Source: a virus. From it: a stretch of 64,000 bases of DNA. The notes under the pieces were generated by a model. It ran no database searches and was not told the DNA's origin. It saw nothing but the letters and a program-made list of their open reading frames with translations. Location of the stretch: IMG/VR virus record IMGVR_UViG_3300046820_000297, positions 7,834 to 71,833 of that record; one strand, given 5' to 3'. The position numbers and the translations under genes were made by a program. Positions 46,464 to 55,516 of the stretch are shown here, piece by piece; the first letter of the stretch is position 1; each line of letters opens with the position of its first letter.

Positions 46464-46932
46464 ACTTTGGAATTAGTTTGAGGTCCATCTCTTCTACAAA
46501 GTCAAAACCCCAGGTTAATAAATGTTCTTGTAACGATGCAGAAAACTTATCTAGAAAGAACTGCATTGCTGCAGGACTAGTCTTAGTGTTCTTCTTAATA
46601 ACATTATACATACTATTGAAGTTGAGATGTCCTTTATCATTAGCACAGTCATTTACATAGTTCATGATAGATGGACTAAAAGAATTATGTCTTATAACAT
46701 CCGAATCATCAGGCGTTAAAACATCATTCTTAAAAGGATCATGATTACAGTTACTTTTACTACAATCTTTTGCAAGCAATAAGATATACGGAAGGTTCTC
46801 TTCCAAGTCTACTGCTTCTATAATACTTACACCTACATATACACTTTCTTTGTCAGGACTTGTTAGCATCCCTAATACTCTTTCATAAGTACTATCTGAT
46901 AGGATAATACTCTCTTGAATGTTCTTTGTCAT
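46447..46932 (-). CDS. Helical protein (paralog 3 of the MoxR-flanking family)
   Basis: N-terminal LSDSTYERVLGMLTSPDKESVYVGVSII matches the motif in 40718-41893 and 41871-43022. Confidence 0.55.
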   Translation of the reverse strand: MTKNIQESIILSDSTYERVLGMLTSPDKESVYVGVSIIEAVDLEENLPYILLLAKDCSKSNCNHDPFKNDVLTPDDSDVIRHNSFSPSIMNYVNDCANDKGHLNFNSMYNVIKKNTKTSPAAMQFFLDKFSASLQEHLLTWGFDFVEEMDLKLIPKYAKQS

Positions 46933-47300
46933 TAGTCTTCTATTTTTAAAGTTTTAATTCTCCACAGAGGGTGTTCATTACCACTAACTGCTTTGACCCA
47001 TTCTTTTGCACTAGGTATATAACCATTGCAATCTTCTTTTACATGTTGTTCACCTACATATCTGGTGTATACAGTTTTACCTGCTGAGTTTACAAAGCTT
47101 ACTCCGAAGATCTTTTCAGCTTCAAATATACCTTCACTATGATGACGGAACATACGGTGGTCACTGTGACCTACCCATGATTTAGTAGCATCAAACCACT
47201 CGTGAATATGTGTATAATCTGATAGTTCACCACCCCACCTTCTAGCGGATGATTTAGCATGTTCATTTGGATGTGCCATAGTCACCTGATGCATCAGCAT
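46932..47300 (-). CDS. DUF6915-like His-rich protein
   Basis: HPNEHAKSSARRWGG...IHEWFDATK...HRMFRHHSEGIF...EQHVKED; the true start is probably MAHP. Confidence 0.65.
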   Translation of the reverse strand: MLMHQVTMAHPNEHAKSSARRWGGELSDYTHIHEWFDATKSWVGHSDHRMFRHHSEGIFEAEKIFGVSFVNSAGKTVYTRYVGEQHVKEDCNGYIPSAKEWVKAVSGNEHPLWRIKTLKIED

Positions 47301-47619
47301 CTTGTATGTTTCTTACATAACCATGTACTTTCCAGGTTTTATCTTCAAGATTTATGGTTACTCTGCCATAACCACCATCATTGTTATACCAATCATAGTC
47401 ATAGTTATTACTAAGAACTTCATAAAGCATTTCCTCTACCTTAGATTCAACCTCACTTTCTATACTTATAATACTACCATCTTCATCTTCACAGTATATA
47501 GTTTCTATTGAACCACTGTCTCCACTACCATCATACTCACCAACAAGTTCAGTTATACCCATGTTCTTAAGGGAGGATACAAATGCTGCTTCCTCTAATT
47601 CATCATTAAATGCACTCAT
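47263..47619 (-). CDS. DUF6878-like acidic protein
   Basis: YDGSGDSGSIE...DWYNNDGGYG motifs. Confidence 0.6.
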   Translation of the reverse strand: MSAFNDELEEAAFVSSLKNMGITELVGEYDGSGDSGSIETIYCEDEDGSIISIESEVESKVEEMLYEVLSNNYDYDWYNNDGGYGRVTINLEDKTWKVHGYVRNIQDADASGDYGTSK

Positions 47620-47630
47620 AATTTTATTTT

Positions 47631-48518
47631 TTAAGTTTTAAGTTCCAAGTATTTTTTATACTTTCTATCTATATACATATGATCTACAGGATTTCCATAT
47701 AATGCTTCTATTACAGGCATATACATTTTACCTACAAAGTTTATTGAATAAACATCTATAGATGATTTAATCTTATAAGGTTTAACTTTAATAGATTTGT
47801 GTAAAACAAACTCACCAAACTCCTTAAAAGAATCAATTGTATTTTTTGTACCAACTAAAGATACTCCGTATACAGGATACTTTCTATTGTATTTGAATAT
47901 ACACCCATCTCCATCTAAAAATCCTCTCCAAAAGTGAGAATTTTTTAAATAGATTTCAGGAACTACGTAATCTTTAGTTTTATTCTTTATTACACCTCTT
48001 TCTTCAAAAAATTTTCTAAAACTAGGATCAGATATAGTTAACCTAACTTGATTCTGCTCTGTAGATTTAGATCTTACTATACTATAAATAGTACCTGTGT
48101 AATCAAAGTAACTACTTATTTTAAGAAGTATGTTTTGGTCAATACTTTTTAAGCTAATAGATATTCCGGACTTTTCATTTGAACCATCTGCTGCATATAA
48201 TCCAGCTATATAAGCTGTTACATCATTATCTACAAGTTTATCCGGGTTAATCGTATATCTTCTGTTAGTTAAACCTGTATTCTTTACACTTTCTTTTTGT
48301 AAACAACCACAGGATCTAGTTTTTGTCTTGTTTAAAGAAGAAAAGTCTGTAGATATAACTTTGCCACAATCACATTTACATTTAATATAATAAGCACCCC
48401 ATTTATTTTTATGGGACAGTTCTATTACCTGTAGTCTACCGATTTTAGGTAGTGCTCTTAACATATCTTTGTATGTTTTATACATTCCCGTTTGTGTTCT
48501 CATATATACAATATACAA
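47631..48518 (-). CDS. Free-standing LAGLIDADG homing endonuclease with an N-terminal Cys-rich domain
   Basis: Two LAGLIDADG helices (AYIAGLYAADG, HFWRGFLDGDG) and N-terminal CKCDCG...RSCGC. Confidence 0.85.
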   Translation of the reverse strand: MYIVYMRTQTGMYKTYKDMLRALPKIGRLQVIELSHKNKWGAYYIKCKCDCGKVISTDFSSLNKTKTRSCGCLQKESVKNTGLTNRRYTINPDKLVDNDVTAYIAGLYAADGSNEKSGISISLKSIDQNILLKISSYFDYTGTIYSIVRSKSTEQNQVRLTISDPSFRKFFEERGVIKNKTKDYVVPEIYLKNSHFWRGFLDGDGCIFKYNRKYPVYGVSLVGTKNTIDSFKEFGEFVLHKSIKVKPYKIKSSIDVYSINFVGKMYMPVIEALYGNPVDHMYIDRKYKKYLELKT

Positions 48519-48546
48519 TATATTATACTACATACCTAATATATTT

Positions 48547-48966
48547 TCATTTAAGACGGAAGAAACGTCCTAGGATATTACCATTCAGATACAAATCTGA
48601 TTCTAGTACACCCTTGACAAATTGATACTTTGTTTCCATATAAGTTAACTCTGTCTTAGAGTAACATATCTGCAGGATATCCCTCTTGATAGGAACCTTA
48701 TCCTTGTGTGCTTCTTTTAACGTAGCATTACTACTAAAGTAATCCTCATACGCAAGTTTAGCAACACGTTCATAATTCTTTTTACGTCTGTCTGCCGGTG
48801 TATTCTTCTTGGTAAGTTTCTTCTTAGTAACTCTATGAAAGTTCTTCTTACCAATATACGCGTAAGACTTTCCATCTATGATAGCTGTCATTTCATATAC
48901 AAAACCGACAGCACCTTCAGGAATCATTTCAGGTGTAAATACCTGATTCTTGTAGATCCAACTCAT
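48547..48966 (-). CDS. GIY-YIG-like (Seg-type) nuclease-domain protein
   Basis: GFVYEM...YIGKK...YFSS...E..YQ...YLNGNI motifs. Confidence 0.7.
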   Translation of the reverse strand: MSWIYKNQVFTPEMIPEGAVGFVYEMTAIIDGKSYAYIGKKNFHRVTKKKLTKKNTPADRRKKNYERVAKLAYEDYFSSNATLKEAHKDKVPIKRDILQICYSKTELTYMETKYQFVKGVLESDLYLNGNILGRFFRLK

Positions 48967-49937
48967 TTGTTTATTGCTTCTTTTAGTAAAGGATATAAAA
49001 CCTCTCGTGTTTTTTCTAGACCGTGATCTCTTACAGAATCCGATAGATCCTTGCTTAGTGGTAATGTAACATATGGTATACTATACTGTGCTTCATATTT
49101 AGCAGCAGCTTTCTTACCAGCAGTATCATTATCAAATAGAATCACAATCTTTTCATACTTAGCTCTATACATTGCAATAGCACCCGGAGAGATAACAGTG
49201 TTCTCACTATCTGGTGCAACAAACTCAGCATTAAATCCAAACTTACTAAGTGACATAATATCTTTCAGTGAACTGCAGATAATAAGATTAGGTTGTTCGA
49301 ACTTTAACTGGTCTGTACCTTGAATGTAATTCTTTGTTTTTAGAAACTTATGATCAGCATTAAACGGTTGGTACATCTTATATACACTACCATCAAGTCT
49401 TGTGTACGCATAGATATTAGATCCAGTTATAGAAAGACTTCTGATAACATCATCTTGTTCTTTATGCATAGTATAATCACCAACGGGAACAACACCATAC
49501 TTAACAAGTGTTTCAGAATCAATACCAAACTGAGTCCAGAACTTAGCATCACCTTTATTCCAAGAACGTTTTGCAAAATCAACAATCTTATATCTTGCTA
49601 ATCTTTTAAATGTTCTTATGTCATCAGTTGTACCAAGCATCAAAAACTCTTTGTAGTCTTTTATAACCTTATTCGCAGCTGCACCAAACTCAAGATCATA
49701 GAGTTCCATTACTAACTTTATAGCTGAACCACCATTACCAGATGAGAAATCTTTGTAATAGTATTTGCTATCAGCATAGAATATTGAGAAGCTAGCGGTT
49801 CTTTCTGTAGGATTAAACAATGATTTAATCTTTACATCTTGACCTACAAGTTTTTCATTTAGGTTACAATAATGCTCAAAGATCCAGTGATCAGGAACAT
49901 CTATAATACTAGACACTAGATTTTTAGTACTTATCAT
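48963..49937 (-). CDS. DNA primase (TOPRIM)
   Basis: N-terminal ERTASFSI...YKDFSSG region resembling a zinc-finger domain that has lost its cysteines; TOPRIM SSLKD...FDNDTAG...KDLSD. Confidence 0.8.
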   Translation of the reverse strand: MISTKNLVSSIIDVPDHWIFEHYCNLNEKLVGQDVKIKSLFNPTERTASFSIFYADSKYYYKDFSSGNGGSAIKLVMELYDLEFGAAANKVIKDYKEFLMLGTTDDIRTFKRLARYKIVDFAKRSWNKGDAKFWTQFGIDSETLVKYGVVPVGDYTMHKEQDDVIRSLSITGSNIYAYTRLDGSVYKMYQPFNADHKFLKTKNYIQGTDQLKFEQPNLIICSSLKDIMSLSKFGFNAEFVAPDSENTVISPGAIAMYRAKYEKIVILFDNDTAGKKAAAKYEAQYSIPYVTLPLSKDLSDSVRDHGLEKTREVLYPLLKEAINK

Positions 49938-49955
49938 ATGCTAAAGTTTAAAGAT

Positions 49956-49983
49956 AAAAAAGGGGATGTTTCCACCCCCTTTT
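49956..49983. terminator. Bidirectional intrinsic terminator
   Basis: AAAAAAGGGG-ATGTTTCCA-CCCCCTTTT hairpin flanked by A/T tracts. Confidence 0.7.
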
Positions 49984-50000
49984 AGTATCAGTTAATTAAA

Positions 50001-50681
50001 TTAGAGTTCAAAGTCACCACTCACAGAAGAGGATGTCGCGACATTACCAGATCCGAATGAATCTAGATTCTCAACTTTCTTCTTCTTAATGTGTAGGTCT
50101 TTGTCAAATGCAATAACATTAGCTGCATTCTCAACAGGTGCCATATTGTAAACACCACGTTGGTTACGAACTAAGAACAAATCGTGGTTAGTATAACCCT
50201 CTTTGTTAGTGTACTCTTTACCACCAACGCACATCATTACAAACTTATCTTTGAATGGAGCATCTTCGTTGAACTTCTCTACGTATTCTTCAATAGTTTC
50301 AAAGACACCGTCGTTCTCTTCCATCCACTTGTAAGAATTAGTATTTCTAGCAAGAGACTCGAGTGCTTTCAAGATGTCGTTCTGACGATATACTTCGATA
50401 CCAGTCTTAGTAGTACCATCTTTGTATGCATACTCGTTAGTCTTAACTTTACCAACTTGACCAAGATGTCTTCCTGCACCAGGATTGTTCTTGTCAATAT
50501 AGAAACCTTCGAAATTCTCAAGAGGTTCTGTCTCTACGTTCATTACTAAGAAAGATGCATTCATATCATAGCTTGGTGTTTCCAATTTGATACTGTTGAT
50601 CTTACATACTACATTACCAGGAGCGATAACTTTCGGCAATCCTGAACCTTCTGAGGATTTTAAATTTTTGATACTAATCAT
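50001..50681 (-). CDS. Putative single-stranded DNA-binding protein
   Basis: Beta-rich with an acidic/aromatic C-terminal tip (SGDFEL), directly downstream of the Sak4-like ATPase. The call rests on context only. Confidence 0.4.
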   Translation of the reverse strand: MISIKNLKSSEGSGLPKVIAPGNVVCKINSIKLETPSYDMNASFLVMNVETEPLENFEGFYIDKNNPGAGRHLGQVGKVKTNEYAYKDGTTKTGIEVYRQNDILKALESLARNTNSYKWMEENDGVFETIEEYVEKFNEDAPFKDKFVMMCVGGKEYTNKEGYTNHDLFLVRNQRGVYNMAPVENAANVIAFDKDLHIKKKKVENLDSFGSGNVATSSSVSGDFEL

Positions 50682-50692
50682 TTTTTCTCTTT

Positions 50693-51436
50693 TTAATCAA
50701 TGTAAATTTCTGTCCAATTAACTTTTACAGTTCCGTCTTCTAACATTTCAGACAAAACTATCTCTTTATTACTTAAGTGCGCAGGTCTAGCTCCGCAAGC
50801 TACTTCATCTGAGGTCTTAAAACTAATAATGTTCTTCTTACCTTTACGATACAAGTAACCAATAGAATCAGAGTTTGATGCGGTAATACGTTTAAGTTTA
50901 CCTGTCAAATCTAAATCTAGAGAGTTAAACTCTGAACCATTCTTTTCAAGCATTGTGTCCTTCACGTGACCTACTAAGATTGTACGGTCCGCCCAAGACT
51001 GGATGTAGTTTACAACTTTAGTAAATGCTTCTCTTAAGTATGGGTAACCAGCACCATTGGGTAGACTCAATATGTTTCCATACTTAGGTTTACCTTCTGT
51101 CAACCAGTTTTTACCCATCGGAGTTTTCATATATAACTCCTCAGCATAAGGTATACACATCTCTTCTAATGCAGTGATTGTGTCAATAGCTACGTATTTA
51201 TAAGGATTACCTGCGTCCTTAATAGCTTTACCGATATGCTTGATTTCTTCAACAGACTTTGCTTCAATCTTTAGAGCATCTAGATACTTAGAACCTCCTT
51301 CGAGATCTAGTATTAAACAGTTGTCTAACTGTGATAACAAAGTTGTTTTACCCGTTTTGGGTTTAGCAAAAATAATCAGGTTCTTCGGACTTGTATTCTC
51401 CGCAGGAACCTTTGCTGTAGGTAATGTGATCTCCAT
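50693..51436 (-). CDS. AAA_24/Sak4-like ATPase (single-strand annealing recombinase)
   Basis: AKPKTGKTT Walker A, ILDLEGG, AIDTIT and LVGH motifs. Confidence 0.8.
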   Translation of the reverse strand: MEITLPTAKVPAENTSPKNLIIFAKPKTGKTTLLSQLDNCLILDLEGGSKYLDALKIEAKSVEEIKHIGKAIKDAGNPYKYVAIDTITALEEMCIPYAEELYMKTPMGKNWLTEGKPKYGNILSLPNGAGYPYLREAFTKVVNYIQSWADRTILVGHVKDTMLEKNGSEFNSLDLDLTGKLKRITASNSDSIGYLYRKGKKNIISFKTSDEVACGARPAHLSNKEIVLSEMLEDGTVKVNWTEIYID

Positions 51437-51450
51437 GTTTTTTATAATAA

Positions 51451-51984
51451 TTACTTAACTAAATCGTTTAACCAAGACTTGCTGCTTACAGGTTTCTTCA
51501 ATAGAATCGCTGCAAGATCTCTGATAGTCATATCAGAAATAGGAGCATCATCCATCAAAGATGAAAACTCTTCGAACTCTGTAATCTCAACACCTGAACG
51601 AGTAGCAATAGTTTTAGCTGGTGCTTTAACTTTTACTAACTCACTAACAGGAATCAAATATCTCAAAGCAGAATCAGTTGTAGGTGTGGTATCATACTCG
51701 TCTTCCCAGTGGGGATTAAAGTGCAACTTCCACAATGTACGTTCTGAATCTTGTGGTACAAACTCACCAGAGACAAACTCTGTATAGAAGTCAGTACCTT
51801 TACGTAACTCACTAGGAAAAAGACTAATGTGTAATTCGTCTTTACCTTTTGGTCTGTACGCTAACTTTGGATAAAAATACGCATCAGGAATATTCAATGC
51901 ATCGAATACAGGTTGATGTTTCTCTCTTAACTCAGCAACTTTTGTCTTGTAATCTACTTTTTCTGTTTTTAAACTTACACTCAT
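51451..51984 (-). CDS. Hypothetical protein (177 aa)
   Basis: Intact ORF overlapping the helicase stop; C-terminal MTIRDLAAILLKKPVS..WLN motif. Confidence 0.65.
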   Translation of the reverse strand: MSVSLKTEKVDYKTKVAELREKHQPVFDALNIPDAYFYPKLAYRPKGKDELHISLFPSELRKGTDFYTEFVSGEFVPQDSERTLWKLHFNPHWEDEYDTTPTTDSALRYLIPVSELVKVKAPAKTIATRSGVEITEFEEFSSLMDDAPISDMTIRDLAAILLKKPVSSKSWLNDLVK

Positions 51985-52970
51985 ATTTTAATTCTTTTTT
52001 CTTGTTGAGGTGGTGTAGGCATTTCTGAAATACGCATGCGTTCAAACTCTGCTTTGAAGAAACTCATACGAGCGTCACCATTACGACATTTCAAGAAGTG
52101 CAATACAAGCACCCGGTCATTTTCTATGATATACTTATCAGGACCATAGAACCTAATCTTTTGTTTAGCAGGTCTATTAATACCAATAAGTGTATCAGCG
52201 TGTTGAAGCAACGCATCTGAACCGAAGATATCAGACTCTAGTATGTAATTACCATACTTACCGTCTTCATTCCTCTCAGGATTATCAATACCACGATTTA
52301 ACTGAGTAAGGACTATGAACGCAATAGGATATCTCCTCTTGAGTTCTGTAATCATCTCACCAAGATTATACAAGGTATCAAACTTATCCTTCTCAAATGG
52401 TGCTTTCTTTAACAGCAAAGAGTGATCTAAGGTAACTACTGTCTTTGTGAAGTCTACTGTACCGTCCTCGTTCTTAACAGCATGATGATTCATATAAGCT
52501 GTTATAGTTTCTCTTAGTTCATTAACGGTTAGTGGTTCTTCTACAATGTCAATAGGAATCTTAACTCTCTCTTTGGCATGTTCGTAACATACTGCTAGAT
52601 CTTCATTCGACAACTTTCCATCCGCACTACATAAGTACTTATATGATTTACCAAGTACACTGGAAAATTCTCTAATTGCAGAAGTACGAGCAAGCATTTC
52701 GAACTGAAATTCTAGTACTCTGAACTTCTCATCAGGATTAAGTCTGAACGATTCACGTACAATCTGATCCTTAATTAGAGTTTTTCCACTACCTGGACGA
52801 CCACCTATTACAGTCATTGAGTGCCATTCAAGACCGTCAGTAGTCGCATCATTAAACTTTTCCCACGGAGTTTTCAAGCTGCGAATGTGACCATCCATTC
52901 TACCTTTGAGGTAAACTAAGGAGTCGACGAATCCTTGCTTCTGGTCTTTCCAAAGCTTTTTATTCTCCAT
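51981..52970 (-). CDS. dnaB: DnaB-like replicative helicase
   Basis: GGRPGSGKT, FQFEM, TLDH, LTQLNR, SDIFGSD and KCRNG motifs. Confidence 0.9.
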   Translation of the reverse strand: MENKKLWKDQKQGFVDSLVYLKGRMDGHIRSLKTPWEKFNDATTDGLEWHSMTVIGGRPGSGKTLIKDQIVRESFRLNPDEKFRVLEFQFEMLARTSAIREFSSVLGKSYKYLCSADGKLSNEDLAVCYEHAKERVKIPIDIVEEPLTVNELRETITAYMNHHAVKNEDGTVDFTKTVVTLDHSLLLKKAPFEKDKFDTLYNLGEMITELKRRYPIAFIVLTQLNRGIDNPERNEDGKYGNYILESDIFGSDALLQHADTLIGINRPAKQKIRFYGPDKYIIENDRVLVLHFLKCRNGDARMSFFKAEFERMRISEMPTPPQQEKRIKI

Positions 52971-52982
52971 ATGTTGTGTGGT

Positions 52983-53177
52983 TTAGCGTTGCTGAACAGT
53001 GATCCAACGATGTACAAATCTATAAAATGTATGTGATAAAACCAAGAGAAATTCAATAATTAAATACTGAAAAATACTAACATTTACCACAAAATTTATG
53101 ATCACTAAGTAGCATATAATCGATAAGATAATCGATGTTAGTATCTTAGCTATGATCTTTTCTATTTTTAAACTCAT
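52983..53177 (-). CDS. Small membrane protein
   Basis: 64 aa with two hydrophobic segments. Confidence 0.55.
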   Translation of the reverse strand: MSLKIEKIIAKILTSIILSIICYLVIINFVVNVSIFQYLIIEFLLVLSHTFYRFVHRWITVQQR

Positions 53178-53743
53178 ACTACTCTTTCTGAAAAATGTGG
53201 AGAGTCATCTTGGTCATCTCCGCTTAATACAATGTCACAACAATTTGCTAATTCAGAATCCCAAGACTTATCTGAATTTTGTTTACGTATAAAATACTGT
53301 GAGTTACGCATAAACTTGAAATTGTCTTTTTCAAAACTGTCTACATAGTACACTGTAGCTGCTATAACAGTAGACCACTCGTACTTGTAGTTCTTAAAGA
53401 ACCATTTGAAAGCTTCTTCAATATTTCTTTTGTTCACTCTAGCTGGTTTACCAGATGGTAACTTACCTTTTGGAAATATACTTAGATACTTATCAATATC
53501 ATCTACCACAACATTTGTAGTAGTAATCTGATCAGTTACTAGCATATTTGCGATCTCTGTAAGTTTACCATCTTTTATAAAACCATCAGCTATCAATCCC
53601 CTTAACTCTAAATCACCATTAATACCTTTAGGTTTACGTTTATTCTTTATAGACCATAGTAAGTAGTATTGATTTGGAGTAAGAGAATTATCTTCAATCT
53701 TCTCAAAAAGTTCAAGTAAATTCATAGTTGCTAAATTAATCAA
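53174..53743 (-). CDS. Hypothetical protein, possible replication initiator/helicase loader
   Basis: Winged-helix-like N-terminus; lies upstream of dnaB. Function is inferred from context only. Confidence 0.45.
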   Translation of the reverse strand: MINLATMNLLELFEKIEDNSLTPNQYYLLWSIKNKRKPKGINGDLELRGLIADGFIKDGKLTEIANMLVTDQITTTNVVVDDIDKYLSIFPKGKLPSGKPARVNKRNIEEAFKWFFKNYKYEWSTVIAATVYYVDSFEKDNFKFMRNSQYFIRKQNSDKSWDSELANCCDIVLSGDDQDDSPHFSERVV

Positions 53744-54215
53744 GGTGGTCTAAATAATCACTATTTGGATGCTTTTTCATCTGTTTGATAAATTCTTTAT
53801 AGATTTTACGATACTCTAAGTTGTTGTAAGTTAGAGCATCTTCAACCACTTGTTTAGAATAACCAACAGTGCATCGATCTCTATAGATAGCTTTAGCAAT
53901 TTGTTCATCACTGTAACCCATTTGACTAGCAAAATAGCATAACATCTGACGAGGCACAACTTCTTCGCGTCGTCTTGAGTTTTTTCTAGCTAACAAACAA
54001 TTTGGTTCTACAGTTACGGCAACATCGACAAGTTGGGATAAAGACAGATTAAAGTTCTGAAACACCTCATAGTAAGATAGCTTCTTTCCGTCTAGTGCGT
54101 GACTTAGTGCTTTTTCCACGTTTGCTTGAAAGGTTATCAACGCTGTGTTCAGGTGCTGGTTCAGTATCAATACTGCTTTCTCCAGTTGTTGTTTCTGTTT
54201 CTGCTGCTTGGTCAT
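53736..54215 (-). CDS. DnaA C-terminal (domain IV)-like HTH protein
   Basis: SRRREEVVPRQMLCYF...SDEQIAKAIYRDRCTVGY resembles the DnaA domain IV pattern R....V.ARQIAMYL...S...IG..F.RDHTTV. Confidence 0.7.
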   Translation of the reverse strand: MTKQQKQKQQLEKAVLILNQHLNTALITFQANVEKALSHALDGKKLSYYEVFQNFNLSLSQLVDVAVTVEPNCLLARKNSRRREEVVPRQMLCYFASQMGYSDEQIAKAIYRDRCTVGYSKQVVEDALTYNNLEYRKIYKEFIKQMKKHPNSDYLDHLD

Positions 54216-54441
54216 ATAATCTTGTGTGTTTAGATTCTATTGCAAAATGTTCTACTTGATTAAGTTTTCTCCTAAAAGAGTTAACTATATCTTCTATACC
54301 GGTCATTTTAATATCGGCATCAGACAACGCATCATGTAAACACTTTCTTTTAAACATTCCTCGATGACTGTTTACAGAGAATTCTATCTCACCATACTTG
54401 GTAAGTTGTGCATATACAGTCACTGTTACTTTTTCTACCAT
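54067..54441 (-). CDS. Hypothetical protein (124 aa) with a long 3' overlap
   Basis: Fills the gap between ung and the DnaA_C-like gene; its last ~50 codons overlap the latter. Confidence 0.5.
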   Translation of the reverse strand: MVEKVTVTVYAQLTKYGEIEFSVNSHRGMFKRKCLHDALSDADIKMTGIEDIVNSFRRKLNQVEHFAIESKHTRLYDQAAETETTTGESSIDTEPAPEHSVDNLSSKRGKSTKSRTRRKEAILL

Positions 54442-55139
54442 TGGATTGTAGGTTTATTTTGTTTTTCTAAAGTACTATTTATCTTATTCCATATATCATC
54501 ACAATTCCATTCGGATTGTTTCATATATGCAGCACTAGCAGGATGACTTCTGAAATACTTATAGTTATTACTAGGTATCAAGTCACCATAAGTTTGAGCT
54601 TGTTTACCTAAAAATACATATATAAGATTCGGTTTATTCCAAACTAAAGCATCTAATACAGCTACAGTAAAAGGTTTCCATAATAACTGATGAGAACCTG
54701 GTTTACCAATAGTCGTAGTAAATGCTGAGTTTAGGAGTAATACACCTTGCTTGCTCCAACGAGCAAGATCTGCATCAGATGTTTCAATACCTGTCGTAGT
54801 TTTAATAGAGTCGAAGATATAACGTAATGACGCTTCGGGTTTACCTGTATTACTACAAGAAAACGCTATACCATCAGCTACACCTTCTTGTGGATAAGGA
54901 TCTTGTCCTATAAATACCACATTTACATCATCAAATGGACACATCTCAAATGCTCTAAACAAATCTTTTACTTTAGGAGTAAACCTTTTGTTATCCATAG
55001 CATCACTAAGAAGTGTCTCGAGTATTGTATCCATCTCAGAACTCAGAACGAATGTCTTAATATATTCAGACCATCCTGATTCTTTTAGTTTAATGTACAA
55101 TTTTTCTTTCACCTCTTGCAGGTTTACATTTTGTAGCAT
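54435..55139 (-). CDS. ung: Uracil-DNA glycosylase, family 1
   Basis: GQDPYP, GIAFS, ASLRYI, WSKQGVLLLN and HPAS motifs. Confidence 0.92.
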   Translation of the reverse strand: MLQNVNLQEVKEKLYIKLKESGWSEYIKTFVLSSEMDTILETLLSDAMDNKRFTPKVKDLFRAFEMCPFDDVNVVFIGQDPYPQEGVADGIAFSCSNTGKPEASLRYIFDSIKTTTGIETSDADLARWSKQGVLLLNSAFTTTIGKPGSHQLLWKPFTVAVLDALVWNKPNLIYVFLGKQAQTYGDLIPSNNYKYFRSHPASAAYMKQSEWNCDDIWNKINSTLEKQNKPTIQW

Positions 55140-55162
55140 AAGTTTGTATAAATTAATTAGTT

Positions 55163-55516
55163 ATGTCAGAAGAAGAAAAACCAGATCCTATTTTAAGAGA
55201 TGTTGAAGTTCTCAAAAGAGACGCTGTAGTAAAAATAGATATGCCTGTGGCTGTTCATACTCGTTTAAATCAATTTATTCTTGAGGAATTTGCAGGAACT
55301 AATAAAGAAGAATTTGCAAAACTACTAGATAAAATTGTTAAGAACGATATTGAACAAGATAGAAGAGCATATCACTTATCTACTTTAATCACTATTGCTA
55401 CTTTAATAGAAAACAGTGCTCGTGAGCAAGGTTTTACTGAAAAAGTAGATTACAATATGGAAACTGGTGAATACATTACACCTAGTAAAGGGGAAAACCA
55501 ATCTTCTCCCCAATAG
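55163..55516 (+). CDS. Hypothetical protein (117 aa), lone + strand gene in the - strand block
   Basis: Occupies a region with no competing - strand ORF and has a protein-like composition. Confidence 0.7.
   Translation: MSEEEKPDPILRDVEVLKRDAVVKIDMPVAVHTRLNQFILEEFAGTNKEEFAKLLDKIVKNDIEQDRRAYHLSTLITIATLIENSAREQGFTEKVDYNMETGEYITPSKGENQSSPQ

Noticed and set aside
47631-48518. Intein or intron context for the LAGLIDADG ORF
   Set aside because: There are no C/S...HN splice termini, no interrupted host gene and no room for an intron core (11 and 28-nt flanks).
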